From Octopus bimaculoides (taxonomy: Eukaryota): a DNA stretch of 64,000 nucleotides. The stretch spans positions 53,867,123 to 53,931,122 of the forward strand of contig NC_068988.1 of the NCBI RefSeq assembly GCF_001194135.2. Reading direction: 5' to 3'. The notes below the pieces were generated by a model. The model did no database searches and was not told where the DNA came from. It saw only the letters and a program-made list of their open reading frames with translations. The position numbers were made by a program, and so were the translations under genes. Every line of letters begins with the position of its first letter. Position 1 is the stretch's first letter. Below, in pieces: positions 40,058 through 53,100 of the stretch.

Positions 40058-42345
40058 ATGCGTGCGTGCGTGTGTGCGCACACACACACACATGAGCTTT
40101 CACACAGTTTCTATCCACTAAATAAATTCACTCGCTAGGCTTTCATCATCCCAGGGTGATAGTAGAAGACATTTGTCCAAGGTACTATGTAGTGAAACAA
40201 AACTCAAACCACATCATCATCATCGTTTAATGTCTGCTTTCCGTGCTAGCATGGGTTGGACGATTTGACTGAGGACTGGTGAAACCAGATGGCTACACCA
40301 GGCTCCAATCTGATCTGGCAGAGTTTCTACAGCTGAACACCCTTCCTAACGCCAACCACTCCAAGAGTGTAGTGAGTGCTTTTACATGCCAACGGCACGA
40401 GGGCTAGTCAGGTGGTACTGGCAACGGTCACGCTCCAGTGGTGTTTTATGATTTGGTATATGGAAACTGAGGGAAACTTGTGTCTGTGTGTGTGCCTATA
40501 ACTTACTGGTTGGCAAAAGAGACCAATACAATAGGTACCAAGTTTACAAAAATAAGTGCTGGGGTTTGACTGTCCTACCCATGCCAGCATGGAAAAGCCA
40601 GAGAACTGCACCGGGCTCCAGTCTGATTTGGCTTAATTTCTACAGCCTGATACCTTTCCTAACACCCACCACTTTACAGTGTATGCTGGGTGCTTTTAAA
40701 GTGGCACTGGCATGAACGCTTTTACGTGGCACCACCCGGAGACCCTGTGCACCCACAAGTGAAACTCAGAGTAGCAAGAGACTGACTTGTCCCAAATAAA
40801 GTACATTATTAATCTCAGCTATGGTACTGAGTACTTCTTTTTCCCAACAGCCAACACTAAACATACATAGTGGGCCTTCTATAAGTCAGTGTTGAACCTG
40901 CACTGCACATATTTGTGCATCTAGGTAAGATTCTTCAAGAAAGACATGCAGTTGTCCATGCGTGCAAGTTTTTCCTCCTTACACCACTGATACTTATCCA
41001 ATCAAAATCTTGTGTCTCCAAGCAATCTTCAGGCTGGGAGACACAAGGCATGCTAATGAAATCTATCTAGATTCGGGTCTTCATAACAAGTAACTATTAG
41101 TCGCTCCATCTTTATACAATGTACATTAAATGATATTTATCTGTCACCAGATAGAGTACTATTCTCTCTCTCTATTTTATTCTCTCTCTCTATTTTATTC
41201 TCTCTATAAACTATTCTCTCTCTCTCTCACACACACACTATGCATTCTTTCTGCTGCAAAGGACATTATCCATGGGTTTGTAGACCCTGAGACTGATGAA
41301 ACTAATGTTCCTAGAGGGAAGGCAAAACAGGAATTCTAGTACAAAAGTGTGTAATTTCTTCCATGCATGTATGTGTGCATGCAGTATATCTGTACATATG
41401 AATATAGACATATACATTGAATATATATGTGTTGCACGTCTATGTGAATTAGATTTTGTTTTGATACGTGAATATTCTAAGTTGCATCTTTGCCAGTGTG
41501 TTTTAATGTTTTGAATTTTTGTTACTCTTGGAGCATAACATGTCATTATTACACTGGTTTTTCTTTTGCAGGATCAATTTATGAAACTCGGCACCACTTT
41601 GACAATGGTGGTGCTGTTGGTGGTATGGCCAACAAGCCACCACCTTCTCCACCACTGGCCCCTCGTATTTATAAACCTTGTGTTGTCTGTAATGATAAAT
41701 CATCAGGATATCACTATGGTGTCAGCTCCTGTGAAGGTTGTAAGGTAATGATTGTCAGCTTCTCCATTTACTATGTCATGTGGACATTACATTCTTTTCG
41801 ATTTCTCTACTCTTGCATCCTTATTTAAAGTATCGTTTTTGTTTGCATTGTTTCTCTTGCCATTATTTTGATTAGCTATTACTCCTTTTTCCAATTCACT
41901 ACTCTATGATGTGTTGAAGTGAAAGGTGTATATATATATATATATATGCATTTATAGTTTTCTTGTTTGCCATTACACTGCAGCCTTACTAGGGTACTGC
42001 CTTGTAGGGTTTCATTGAAAAATATAACCCTCCCACCCAGTACCTATTTTTAAAGTCTGGTACTTATCTCTCAGCCTTTTTTGTCAAGAACATAGACAAA
42101 CATACGCATACAGACGAAGAAACGATGGGCTTCTATACAGTTTCTGTCTACCAAAGTTATTCACAAAGCATTAGTTGGCCCAGGAGTATAGTACAAGGCA
42201 CTTGTTTAAGGTGCCACTCCATGGGGGTGAACCTGAAACTATGTGGTTGAATAGCAAGCTTCTTAGTTACCTACTATCAATATATGTATGTATTTATGTA
42301 TAAATGAATAAGTATGCATATCTCTCTCTCTCTCTCTCATATATA

Positions 42346-42389
<44 letters not shown>

Positions 42390-45300
42390 ATATATATATT
42401 TGTCATTGCCAGTGCTGCTGGACTGGCTCCTGTGCAGGTGGCACGTAAAAAACACCATTTGAGCGTGGTTGTTGCTAGTTGCCGGTGGCACATAAAAGCA
42501 CCCACTACACTCTCGGAGTGGTTGGCGTGAGGAAGGGCATCCAGCTGTAGAAACTCTGCCAAATCGTCCAACCCATGCTAGCATGGAAAGTGGACGTTAA
42601 ACAACGACAATGACGATGATGTTGTTGTTGAGTAGTGTTTGCTATGTTAGTTAATTTGAAGAAAGAGACTACAGACTAGTCATGATTTGACAATATTTAG
42701 AATTCATATAAAGTTTACATTTTCAATATAATGATTACTATTATTTTTTTTTTTTTTTTTACAACTTCTTTACCATTATAGGGCTTCTTCCGACGCAGTG
42801 TTCAGAAGAATATGCACTATTCATGTCTTAAAATGAAAAACTGTGAAATTGTACGAACCTCCCGCAACCGGTGCCAATATTGCCGTCTACAGAAATGTTT
42901 CAAGATGGGAATGTCCAAAGAAGGTATTACTTTCCACTTTTACTTTAAGAAGTATCTCTCTCTGGAAGAGAAATTCTTTTGAAATTTGATTGTTGATTAT
43001 TCTGTAAATTTTGAGGAACATTGAAAAACTGTTGACAACATCACCAAAATTTTAATTTACTCATGCCTGTGTATTTCTGATGACTCTGGAATATTCTGTG
43101 AGAATTGTTTCTTCTCTCATTTGCCTGACCAATAAGTGTCTCCAAGATCTGAGACTGTGTGTTAGAACAGGAGCAATTAAATCATCGAAGAGCAACTTTT
43201 AACCCTTTAGCATATCCAGCCCAAATATCATATCTGTTTTATGTACAGACTGGCTATTTCCAACCTCTCACACCTATCCTACAATGTCATACTAAAAATA
43301 AACAAGCACATCATTGAAATCTCAACGCAAAAAAGACAATGCAAAATGATGTTCAAAATAATGTGAATAAATAAGCATTACATTTGACAGGATAATGTGA
43401 ATGCTAAAGAGTTAAACATTTACAAACAAAATACTACATGAAGTGAAGTAACAGTGTGATAGGAGTTATATATGGAGAGAGATGGTGTGATAGGTAGTTG
43501 GAAAAAAAAAAAAAGCAAAACAGACTCCAGGTAATGAAAAGCCACCTAGTGGTAGGATAGGAGAGGGACTTGGTGTAAGTATTCATATTGCTAGGTGTCA
43601 AGGTTCCTGGATGAAATATGAGCTTTTGTTTGCCGAGTTGGTGAGTTTCTATCAAATTGGTATTGGTGAACTTCATAGAAAAGGAAACAATTGGTGGCCC
43701 TGGTTTACTCTGGTTTGCACTTCAACCCCTCACCCACCCCTTTTTTGTAATTGTCTCTATGTGCCCTTCACAGGCTAACTTTAAATTTCCAGTCCTCCTT
43801 TCCCCTATCGATCACACTTATACACTGTTCTCCCATCAGTGCTTCCCCCACACCTCATTCTCTTAATCTTTCATACTTTATGATTACTTCTTCATACACT
43901 TCTGCTGGTACTCAAAAAACCTTTGTTAAAAAGGATGACTTTTTCTCCTTTCTACCCACAGCAACCAAAGTTATTGACTCTTGTAAACTCTTGAATTTTT
44001 TTAATAATGATATTTATACAGACTCTCACCAGTCTCCTTCAATTTTGGATTATATGCTGTTGGACAGTATCTTGGAATAATGATATTAGTTGTATCTAGT
44101 ACTATAGACCTATATTGAATAGTATTATATTATTAGTTGCAAATATTACAATATCTCTAAATAACACAATCATTATCATAATTTTGTTTTTGTATTGTAT
44201 GGGTTGGACTGTTTTATAGGTTTCAGCAGGTCAGAGGGCTGCATCAGTCTCTAGTGTCTGTTATGGCGTGGTTTTGTCAGCTGGATTTTATAGCTTCCCA
44301 ATACCAACCACTTTACAGAGTGTACTGCATGCTCTTTTTCATGTCACTAGCACTATTGATATTGCCAAGTATCTCATAAGTCAAGACCAGTTGATAGAGT
44401 GGTGTGTAGTATTAAGGGCAGCAGCTTAGTCTTGGTGTTGAGAGGCAGGAGTATGATAGAGGGATAGGAAGATATAGAAGAGATACATGGCCACCCCAGG
44501 TGGAAAAGGGAGAAGATGGTTGTGGTCATGAGTTGTCCTGATGCACTACCAAGGTACGAGAGGGCAAATGTAATATTAATGCTACATAGTTTAATAACGT
44601 TATTAGCAGTATATAGTGCAATAAATGTATATGGAACAGTGTGATGTTAGTAATATACAATTGCATCAGATCTATATGATAGGCGCTCCCATCAAAGATA
44701 ATGTATGAGTGTTCAACTTTTGCCAAATGACCTGCACAAATGATTTGTTTATAGTGATCAAATGTAAGTGCCACACATTAGCTCACTGCCTGAACAGGTG
44801 CACGGTGTTCCACACATCAGGTGTTAAAGTTATCACAGAGCAATGTGAGGTGAAGTGTTTTGTTCAAGAACGCAATGCACCACCTAGTCTAGGAATTGAA
44901 ACCATGACTTTGTGATCACGAGTGCAGCACCTAACTACTAACCCATGCGTCCTCACCCAGATCTATATAATATAGATCTACATATTAGATCTATATAACA
45001 TAGTATATTTTCATATAATGCATCATTGTTAGAAGTTGCTGTTTAGCTCCTTGCTATTCCTGATTGTGTGGAGGCTCAATGGCCCAGTGGTTAGGGCAGC
45101 GGACTCGCGGTTTCGATTCCCAGACCGGGCGTTGTGAGTGTTTATTGAGCGAAAACACCTAAAGCTCCACTAGGCTCCGGCAGGGGATGGTGGCGAACCC
45201 TGCTGTACTCTTTCACCACAACTTTCTCTCACTCTTACTTCCTGTTTCTATTGTGCCTGTAATTCAAAGGGTCAGCCTTGTCACACTGTGTCACACTGAA

Positions 45301-47138
45301 TATCCCTGAGAATTATGTTAAGGGTACAGGTGTCTGTGGAGTGCTCAGCCACTTGCACAATAATTTCACGAGCAGGCTGTTCCGTTGATCGGATCAACTG
45401 GAACCCTCGACGTCGTAAGCAACGGAGTGCCAACAGCATTCCTGATTGAGCAAACCTATCTAAAACCTATCAGCCATAAGTATTGCATCTTTTTCAGGAC
45501 TACCGTAGCTAATGTGTTCTTATTTTTAAAGTTGATATATCGAGGGATATTTGGATGATGTTTCTTTTAGCCTGTCAGGCATCTGCATTGAGGCTCCTTC
45601 ACAGGATTGTGTTTAATATGCTTTTTGCTTTTTCGTTTTCTTGGTTTTAAAGCTGTACGCAGTGATCGGAACAAAAAGAAGAAAGCAAAACCAGCAAATG
45701 GAACACATTCCATACACATAGAGGAATTGACTGAGAGTGAGAAAACTCTGTTGGAAGATTTGGTTAGTTATCATCAGCAGACTTACATCAAAACTAAGAA
45801 AAATAAACATGTATGTTCCTCTATTTTCTTTCAAATTTAAAAAAAAAAAATTGCATCTGGAATTTACTTTCTGCACATCACCATTATTGTTATTAAGGCA
45901 GTGAGCTAGCAGAATCGTTAGTACGCCGTTTCATCCATCTGCATGTTCTGAGTTCAAATTCCGCCAAGGTCAACTTTGTCTTTCATCCTTTCAGGGTCAA
46001 TAAATTAAATACCAGTAAAACACTGGGGTTGATGTAATCAACTAGTCACTTCCCCCAAAATTTCAGGCCTTGTGCCTATAGTAAAATGGTTATTATTATT
46101 AGTATTATTATTATTATTAATGCAGTAAGGCGGCAGAATCGTTAGCACGCCGGGCAAAATGCTTAGCGGTATTTCATCCATCTTTACGTTCTGAGTTCAA
46201 ATTCTGCCGAAGTCAGCTTTACTTTTTCATCCTTTTGGGGTCGACAAATTAAGTACCAGTCAAGTACTGGGGTCCATGTGATCAACTTTCCCCCTCCCCA
46301 CAAATTTCAGGCCTTGTGCCTATTGTAGAAAGGATTATTATTATTGCTATTATTATTAAAGTGGTGAGCTAGCAGAATTGTTACTGTATTGGGAAAAATG
46401 TATAGCAGCATTTCTTCTGGCACATCGCGTTCAGAGTTCAAGTACCACCAAAGTCAACTTTTCCTTTCACCCTTGTGGGGGTCGATATAATAAGTATCAG
46501 TTGAGTACTAGGGTCGATACAATTGACTAACCCCCTCGTCTGAAATTATTGGCCTTGTATCAGAATTTGAAACCTTTATTATTATTGAGTGAGAGAGCAG
46601 TGCATGCCATCAAAGTGACACTAGGGTAAAATATATGAAGCCCAGTATACCCATCATGACTACCCGTTTGATAAGGGTACACCAGGCACATGTATCACAG
46701 TCATATGTGTGTGACATGGTGATCTCATATCAAGACAAATAGTGCATGACCTTGCAGGTGGGTCCCAGTTAGAATTTTCTTCAGGTCAAGTGGCCCATCC
46801 TGCTCAAAAAGTCCCTGAATAAGGGTTGTTTAAGGATGTTGAACAAAACACTCATGTTTCCAAAGGTGAATTATTCAAACTGCAAAGGATTCCTCTCAAC
46901 ACATAGCTACAATGCTCCCCTACTACTCAGAGATGCACATATCGTCAGCCACTGAGGAACATGCTCAATGGTTATGGTCAAACAACTGACAAGCAAATCT
47001 GTGGTATTGAGCAGAACATTTGCTGTAGCTCATCTTTTATTCCAAGACAAAACAATGTGCACAATAAACTTCCAATCAGTTAAGATGAGAAGCCATGGGA
47101 GCCACCGCTTGGTACTGCATCAGGGCCTTATTATCATC

Positions 47139-47176
<38 letters not shown>

Positions 47177-50100
47177 CATTATTGCCTTCACTATGGTCAT
47201 CCACATCATCACTGTTCTTATCATCCAGTTTGTTGTGTGTTGTGCATCTCTGAGGGTCTACTTCTTTTTTATTGTTAGAAAGTGCAATACTATCGAGAAA
47301 TAGGTTTGTTAGTGTTACCATATCTAATATGGCAAATGCTTTACTTTATATACTTATGCAATAAGAATATTTGAGCTATTAGTTAACGGCCAATATTATT
47401 TTCATTGTTTATAGAATTGTTTTGAAACTGGCATTTTGTAATTCTTTTACTTGTTTGAGTTATTGAAACTGTGGCTTTACTTGAGGTTGCCTTGAATGAT
47501 TTTGTCAAACTGTTGCTCTTCTTTTTTGTCTGTTACTATTCTGTCTTCCTCTTTTTCTGAACTGCTAAATTATGGCGGGTGGAAACAAATCAAGCATTGA
47601 AAGATAAACAAAAGCTACATCTATACATACCCACACAGTCACACATTATCTATATATATATATATACACATATATTTCTCTCTGAGTAACCATGTACCTA
47701 CTCTATAACAAGACACTTATTTCTGCCTCTCTGTTGTGGCAAGACACCTGCTTTTCTCTGTCCCTTTGTCACATTCTAACCTTTCATACTCTGACACAAG
47801 CTCCCCTCCTCAAATGCTCCTGCTCCTCTCATAATTCCTTGTCCACACTGTGAAGTGGTTGGCATTTGGAAGGGTATTCAGCTATAAAAATCATACCAAA
47901 ACTAACCTTGCCTGTGCTAGTTCCACGTAAAAAGCACTGAGTCCACTCTGTAGAGTGGTTGGTGTTAGGAAGGGCACCCAGCTGTAAAATCCCTGCCAAA
48001 ACAGACACAGTAGCCTAGGGTAGTTTTTCTACCTGGCCAGCTCCTCTCAGCTGCCCTACCCACGCATGTTGGACATTAAATGGTGATGATGATAGAAGTT
48101 TTCCATATAGTTTCTATATACCAAATTCTCTCACAAAGCATTTGTCAACCCAGGGCCATAGTAAAAGACATCTGCCCAAGGCAGTGGCATAACTAAGGTA
48201 AACCGTGCCCAGGACAAGCCGCAAAAATGCTCTCCCCACCAGTTACAAAATCCACAATATTATATAATATTTATTTGTTACAAGTAATTAATGTTTTAAA
48301 GCAATATTTTAGGAATAAATACTTTACCAGGGTTCCTTTACCTGCCAGTTTGGTACAGCCTGTAATTCAAAATATAATTTTTGAATGTTTACTTTCATAA
48401 ATTTTACAAATGGAGTTCAAGCTTACTGTATTATGCTCAATTCTATGTCTCCACCTTCAATCGTTGCCTGCAGTACATGCCCCCCATTACGCTACTGGTC
48501 CAAAGTACTCTGCTCTGAAACTGAACCCAAAACCATATGATTGCTAAGCAGACTTATCTATATTGTTAATACTGTAAAAAGTGTACTTCACCGAGGCGGC
48601 CAGGATAAGACCAAAGCCTGTTTATTATTACTGGAAAAACAAAAATCATATTAATCATTGATTAATATTGTTTCTTTTTATAATCTATATATATAAAAAT
48701 GAGAATGTGTGTCTGTCTGTCTGTCTGTGTGAATCCCTAAAACTCGAGAACTACGCAACCAATTTCATTCAAATTTTACAGATGCCTTACTTAGGGTTCC
48801 AGTTGTGTTTTAGTCAAGAAAAATTATTAACTTCTTGCAGAGTTCGAGCACACGGCAACATAATATCTCCTCCACTATTTAAGTATTACGTGTCAAAAGT
48901 GAAACAAAAACACTCATGTCAAATACTTTCACTTTAAAAATGAAACTATTCCACTAACTGAAACAATCACATTTCGATACTGTAGTGACAGATACTTTCA
49001 CAAAGAGAGAAAGAGAGAGACAGAAANNNNNNNNNNNNNNNNNNNNNNNNNNNNNNNNNNNNNNNNNNNNNNNNNNNNNNNNNNNNNNNNNNNNNNNNNN
49101 NNNNNNNNNNNNNNNNNNNNNNNNNNNNNNNNNNNNNNNNNNNNNNNNNNNNNNNNNNNNNNNNNNNNNNNNNNNNNNNNNNNNNNNNNNNNNNNNNNNN
49201 NNNNNNNNNNNNNNNNNNNNNNNNNNNNNNNNNNNNNNNNNNNNNNNNNNNNNNNNNNNNNNNNNNNNNNNNNNNNNNNNNNNNNNNNNNNNNNNNNNNN
49301 NNNNNNNNNNNNNNNNNNNNNNNNNNNNNNNNNNNNNNNNNNNNNNNNNNNNNNNNNNNNNNNNNNNNNNNNNNNNNNNNNNNNNNNNNNNNNNNNNNNN
49401 NNNNNNNNNNNNNNNNNNNNNNNNNNNNNNNNNNNNNNNNNNNNNNNNNNNNNNNNNNNNNNNNNNNNNNNNNNNNNNNNNNNNNNNNNNNNNNNNNNNN
49501 NNNNNNNNNNNNNNNNNNNNNNNNNNNNNNNNNNNNNNNNNNNNNNNNNNNNNNNNNNNNNNNNNNNNNNNNNNNNNNNNNNNNNNNNNNNNNNNNNNNN
49601 NNNNNNNNNNNNNNNNNNNNNNNNNNNNNNNNNNNNNNNNNNNCATAAACAAATATCAGGGTCAAACACTGTCTGTAGCTGGTCTTCTCTTGGAAGAGCC
49701 CTGCTTCTCACATGGACGACTGTATGTTGGCTGCTCAAGAGTGGGCAGCAACAAAAAACCTATTTGTATATGCTCCACAAGGGAAAACAAGGAACATAGT
49801 TTACAATGAGGTGTTATAATCACAACAGCAAGAAAGTATGTACATGATCACCTTCTTTTACGAAACTTCATTAACTTTCATATATTTATATTGATATACA
49901 TATATATACGTGTGTTTGGGTGCGTGTGTGTATATATACATCTCTATATATAAAGATGATGCGTAGTCTAGACGGCGTTTTTAGATTTCATTATGCTCTT
50001 TAACCCGGGCAACGCCGGGTATTTCTGCTAGTAGTATATATTTATTTTTAGTCAAGTATGCAATCAAATATGTTAAAGCTAACCTACCTCTTCCTTTACA

Positions 50101-53100
50101 CTTGTAATTTCTTCCTTTGCATACTTTCACCATTCTCTTGATGCCACTTCAGATAACACAGTAGATGGTGTAGCATTTTCACCAAATACTGAAGTCTGAG
50201 AACAAAGTGGGATGAATATATGTGTGTGTGGAAATGAGATTTGGTAGATGGGAAAATAGTTTTGTGATTGCTAGATACTAAAAGGCAAAGTAACTTTTTT
50301 GACACAGCCAAAGCAAAGTGGTGATCTGGCAGAAACATTAGCATGCCAGGCGAAACACTTAGTGGTATTTCGTCTGTCTTTACATTTTGAGTTCAAATTC
50401 CGCCAAGGTTGACTTCACCTTTCATCCTTTCGGGATCGATAAATTAAGTACCAGTTGCGTACTGGAATCAATCTAATCGACTGCCTCTCCTCCTCCCCCA
50501 AAATTTTGGGCCACCGGCCTAGAGTAGGAAGGAATATTGTTGCAAAGCAAATTTCTTAATTCCATCACCAACCATACTTGGCCTCATTGCAGCTGGATAA
50601 GTTTTGTAAACCTTTCCTTTAGTCTAAATTTTTCTTTAGTGTTAATCTTTTCTTTAACTGTTTTAAATTATAAAATAATTGTTAAATTAACTGTGGTTCC
50701 ATAAACTACAGGATGGGTGAAAAGTAAGTAGGCATTTAAAATTGGTAATAAAATCCATATTGCTTTTACAAATTTATTGAAACAAATGATACATGTTCTT
50801 TATTAAATGGCAAAATGAAAGTAAATCTTCATATTTCAATGTAAGTACCAGTGGCGTCAACAAGTTCCCTCAAATGGCCAGGGATGGAATGAACAAACTT
50901 CTGAAGGACATCGTTTGGGATATCATTCAGAACTTCCTGAATTTGTCTCCAAGTCCTCTCATGTGTGAGGTTTTGTCTTGTACACCTCCTCTTTTGTGTA
51001 ACCCCACAAGTAAAAATCACGGACTTCTGTGGTCACAGTCTTCAGGTTTTAGCTCCTGCATGTAATGAGGTTTCCACAGACAAAAATTCAATTCTTCATG
51101 CGACATCATACGTATTGTGTGTCTTGTTAGTCCACTTTCACGAACTGCTTGACGTGCTGATTTTTATGGGTTGCGATTAAACATTTTCTGCACTGTTCCT
51201 GTGTTCTCTGCTGATCGAGATGTGGTTGGATGGCCACTTCTTTTCGCATTCTTCACTGATCCCATGGTCATCAGCTTTGCATGACAACTTTTCATTGTCT
51301 CCAGACGTAGTGTTGCATGCTTACTTTTCCATACGTGCCACCATCTCTGAACCAAATCAATGGAATTCCACCCTCCATAGCATGCTGCTATCTTAGCTTG
51401 CTCCTGAACAATCAAGTGACTGGCCATCTGGAAAATAATAAATAAGACAATAAGAAAATATGAAATCCCCATTAGTGTTGTTTGCTTAAAAAATGTTTTT
51501 GTCATGACTTCAGTGATACTAAAAATTCTTTTAGCAATTTCTAATGCCTAGTTACTTTCTACTCACCCTGTAGATATAACATTTTTTAAGTAAAAAAAGT
51601 GGTGTGTACAAACATGTTAAGAGTATTTTCATCTTAAAACTACTCTAATTTCAATTAAGTAGAAGTAAAATCAGGGAGAAAGTAAAGATATCTAACCTTT
51701 TAACATTCAGATTACTTTGTCTAATGTAATGCTTATTAACAGATAGATTGCATATTTGAGGCACATGTGGCCGGTTTAAATGTTAGAGGGTTAAAAGGTT
51801 TTTTTTAACTATCATCATATAAAATGAATCATTAGCTAATATTGTACAATACAGCTTCCTAAATGCCCATTATAATATTGATGGCCAAAACACTCAAATT
51901 TTATCCAGTTTATCCACTTTTTTCCTTTTCACTTTGCATTATAATTAGTTTTTATCTATGAGTTTTCAATCATGAGGATAACTAATTGGGTCCAATTTCT
52001 TCTGAATAACATTGAAAGAGAAGTATGACCATCATTGTTATACTTATAGTGTTGTTTTTCTTTTACTTTTTTTCACTTGCTAAAATTTGAAAATCATTCA
52101 GATTTGCTTGTATTAAATGTAAAGTTTATATGATTTTTTAAAAAAGAGTAGAATGTTAATGAAATTCAGGAATAAAATTGGATTTAGAAAATAATAACCT
52201 GCAAATTTTGAAAACACAAATTATCCCAGTGACAGTATCTGTGTACAAATGTTCACCCAATGAAATCACAGGCTGTCTCTGATTTAGCAGTTTGGTATAT
52301 GTTAGTATTTTGATTTAAATATGAAAGAGCAAATCATAGTTGTTTAGGGCATTTCAGTGATGAAAGGGTGAAACATCATTGTTATTATAACATCCACTTT
52401 TCTATGCTTGCATGGGTTGGATGAAGTCCAATGCAACAAATTTTCTATGGCTGGACACCCTTCAAGTAACTATCCCTCACCTGTTTCCAAGTAAAGTAAT
52501 ATCTCCCCAAGGCCAGGCGTAGTTTTGCAGAAATCTTGGAAATGAATGACACTGCTTGTGTGACAGTGACACTCATTTACAACTATCACAATATCTAAAC
52601 AAGGGGATCCTAAAATACACATGTGTGCACAGTCCCACTCATATAGACTATGGGTTTGTTTCAGTTTCTGTCTACCAAATTCACTCACAAGGCTTTGGTT
52701 GGCCTGGGGTCATATTAGAAACACATGTACAAGATGTGACACAGTGGGACATAACTTGAAACCATGTGGTTGTGATAAAAGTTTCTTCACCATTCACACA
52801 GTCACACATTTAGGTTTAAAAGTGATGACTACAGATTTATATTGACAAAGTTTGCAGTAATATCTTTCCAATGCCTAAATGCCCCTATACTAAAATGCTG
52901 ATGGTAAATGAGTTACTGAAATCAAGCAGTTCAGAGTCTTTCTCCTGTTAGCTGTAGTTGTTTTGTTGTATATATCAGCAGGAATATATCATGTTCACCA
53001 TTCCAGAACTTGCTAGTGTGGATTCACCCTTTGGAATTTCTACCCAACACCTTTCTCCGCAGCCATTAGCATGCAACTGTTCAAGGTGGGTCATTAATGG

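Noticed and set aside
42782-42923. Alternative assignment to Rev-erb/E75, THR or RXR
   Set aside because: [35 protein letters not shown] and GMSKEAVR.DRNKKKK are RAR-diagnostic; only the D-box deviates.
45067-45130. tRNA-like A and B boxes
   Set aside because: No anticodon arm or acceptor stem, and a long SINE body follows, so this is a SINE head rather than a tRNA gene.
46590-47130. GC-richer unique-looking segment after the SINE array
   Set aside because: Probably an interspersed repeat, but there is no second copy, TIR or protein motif in the window, so it cannot be classified.
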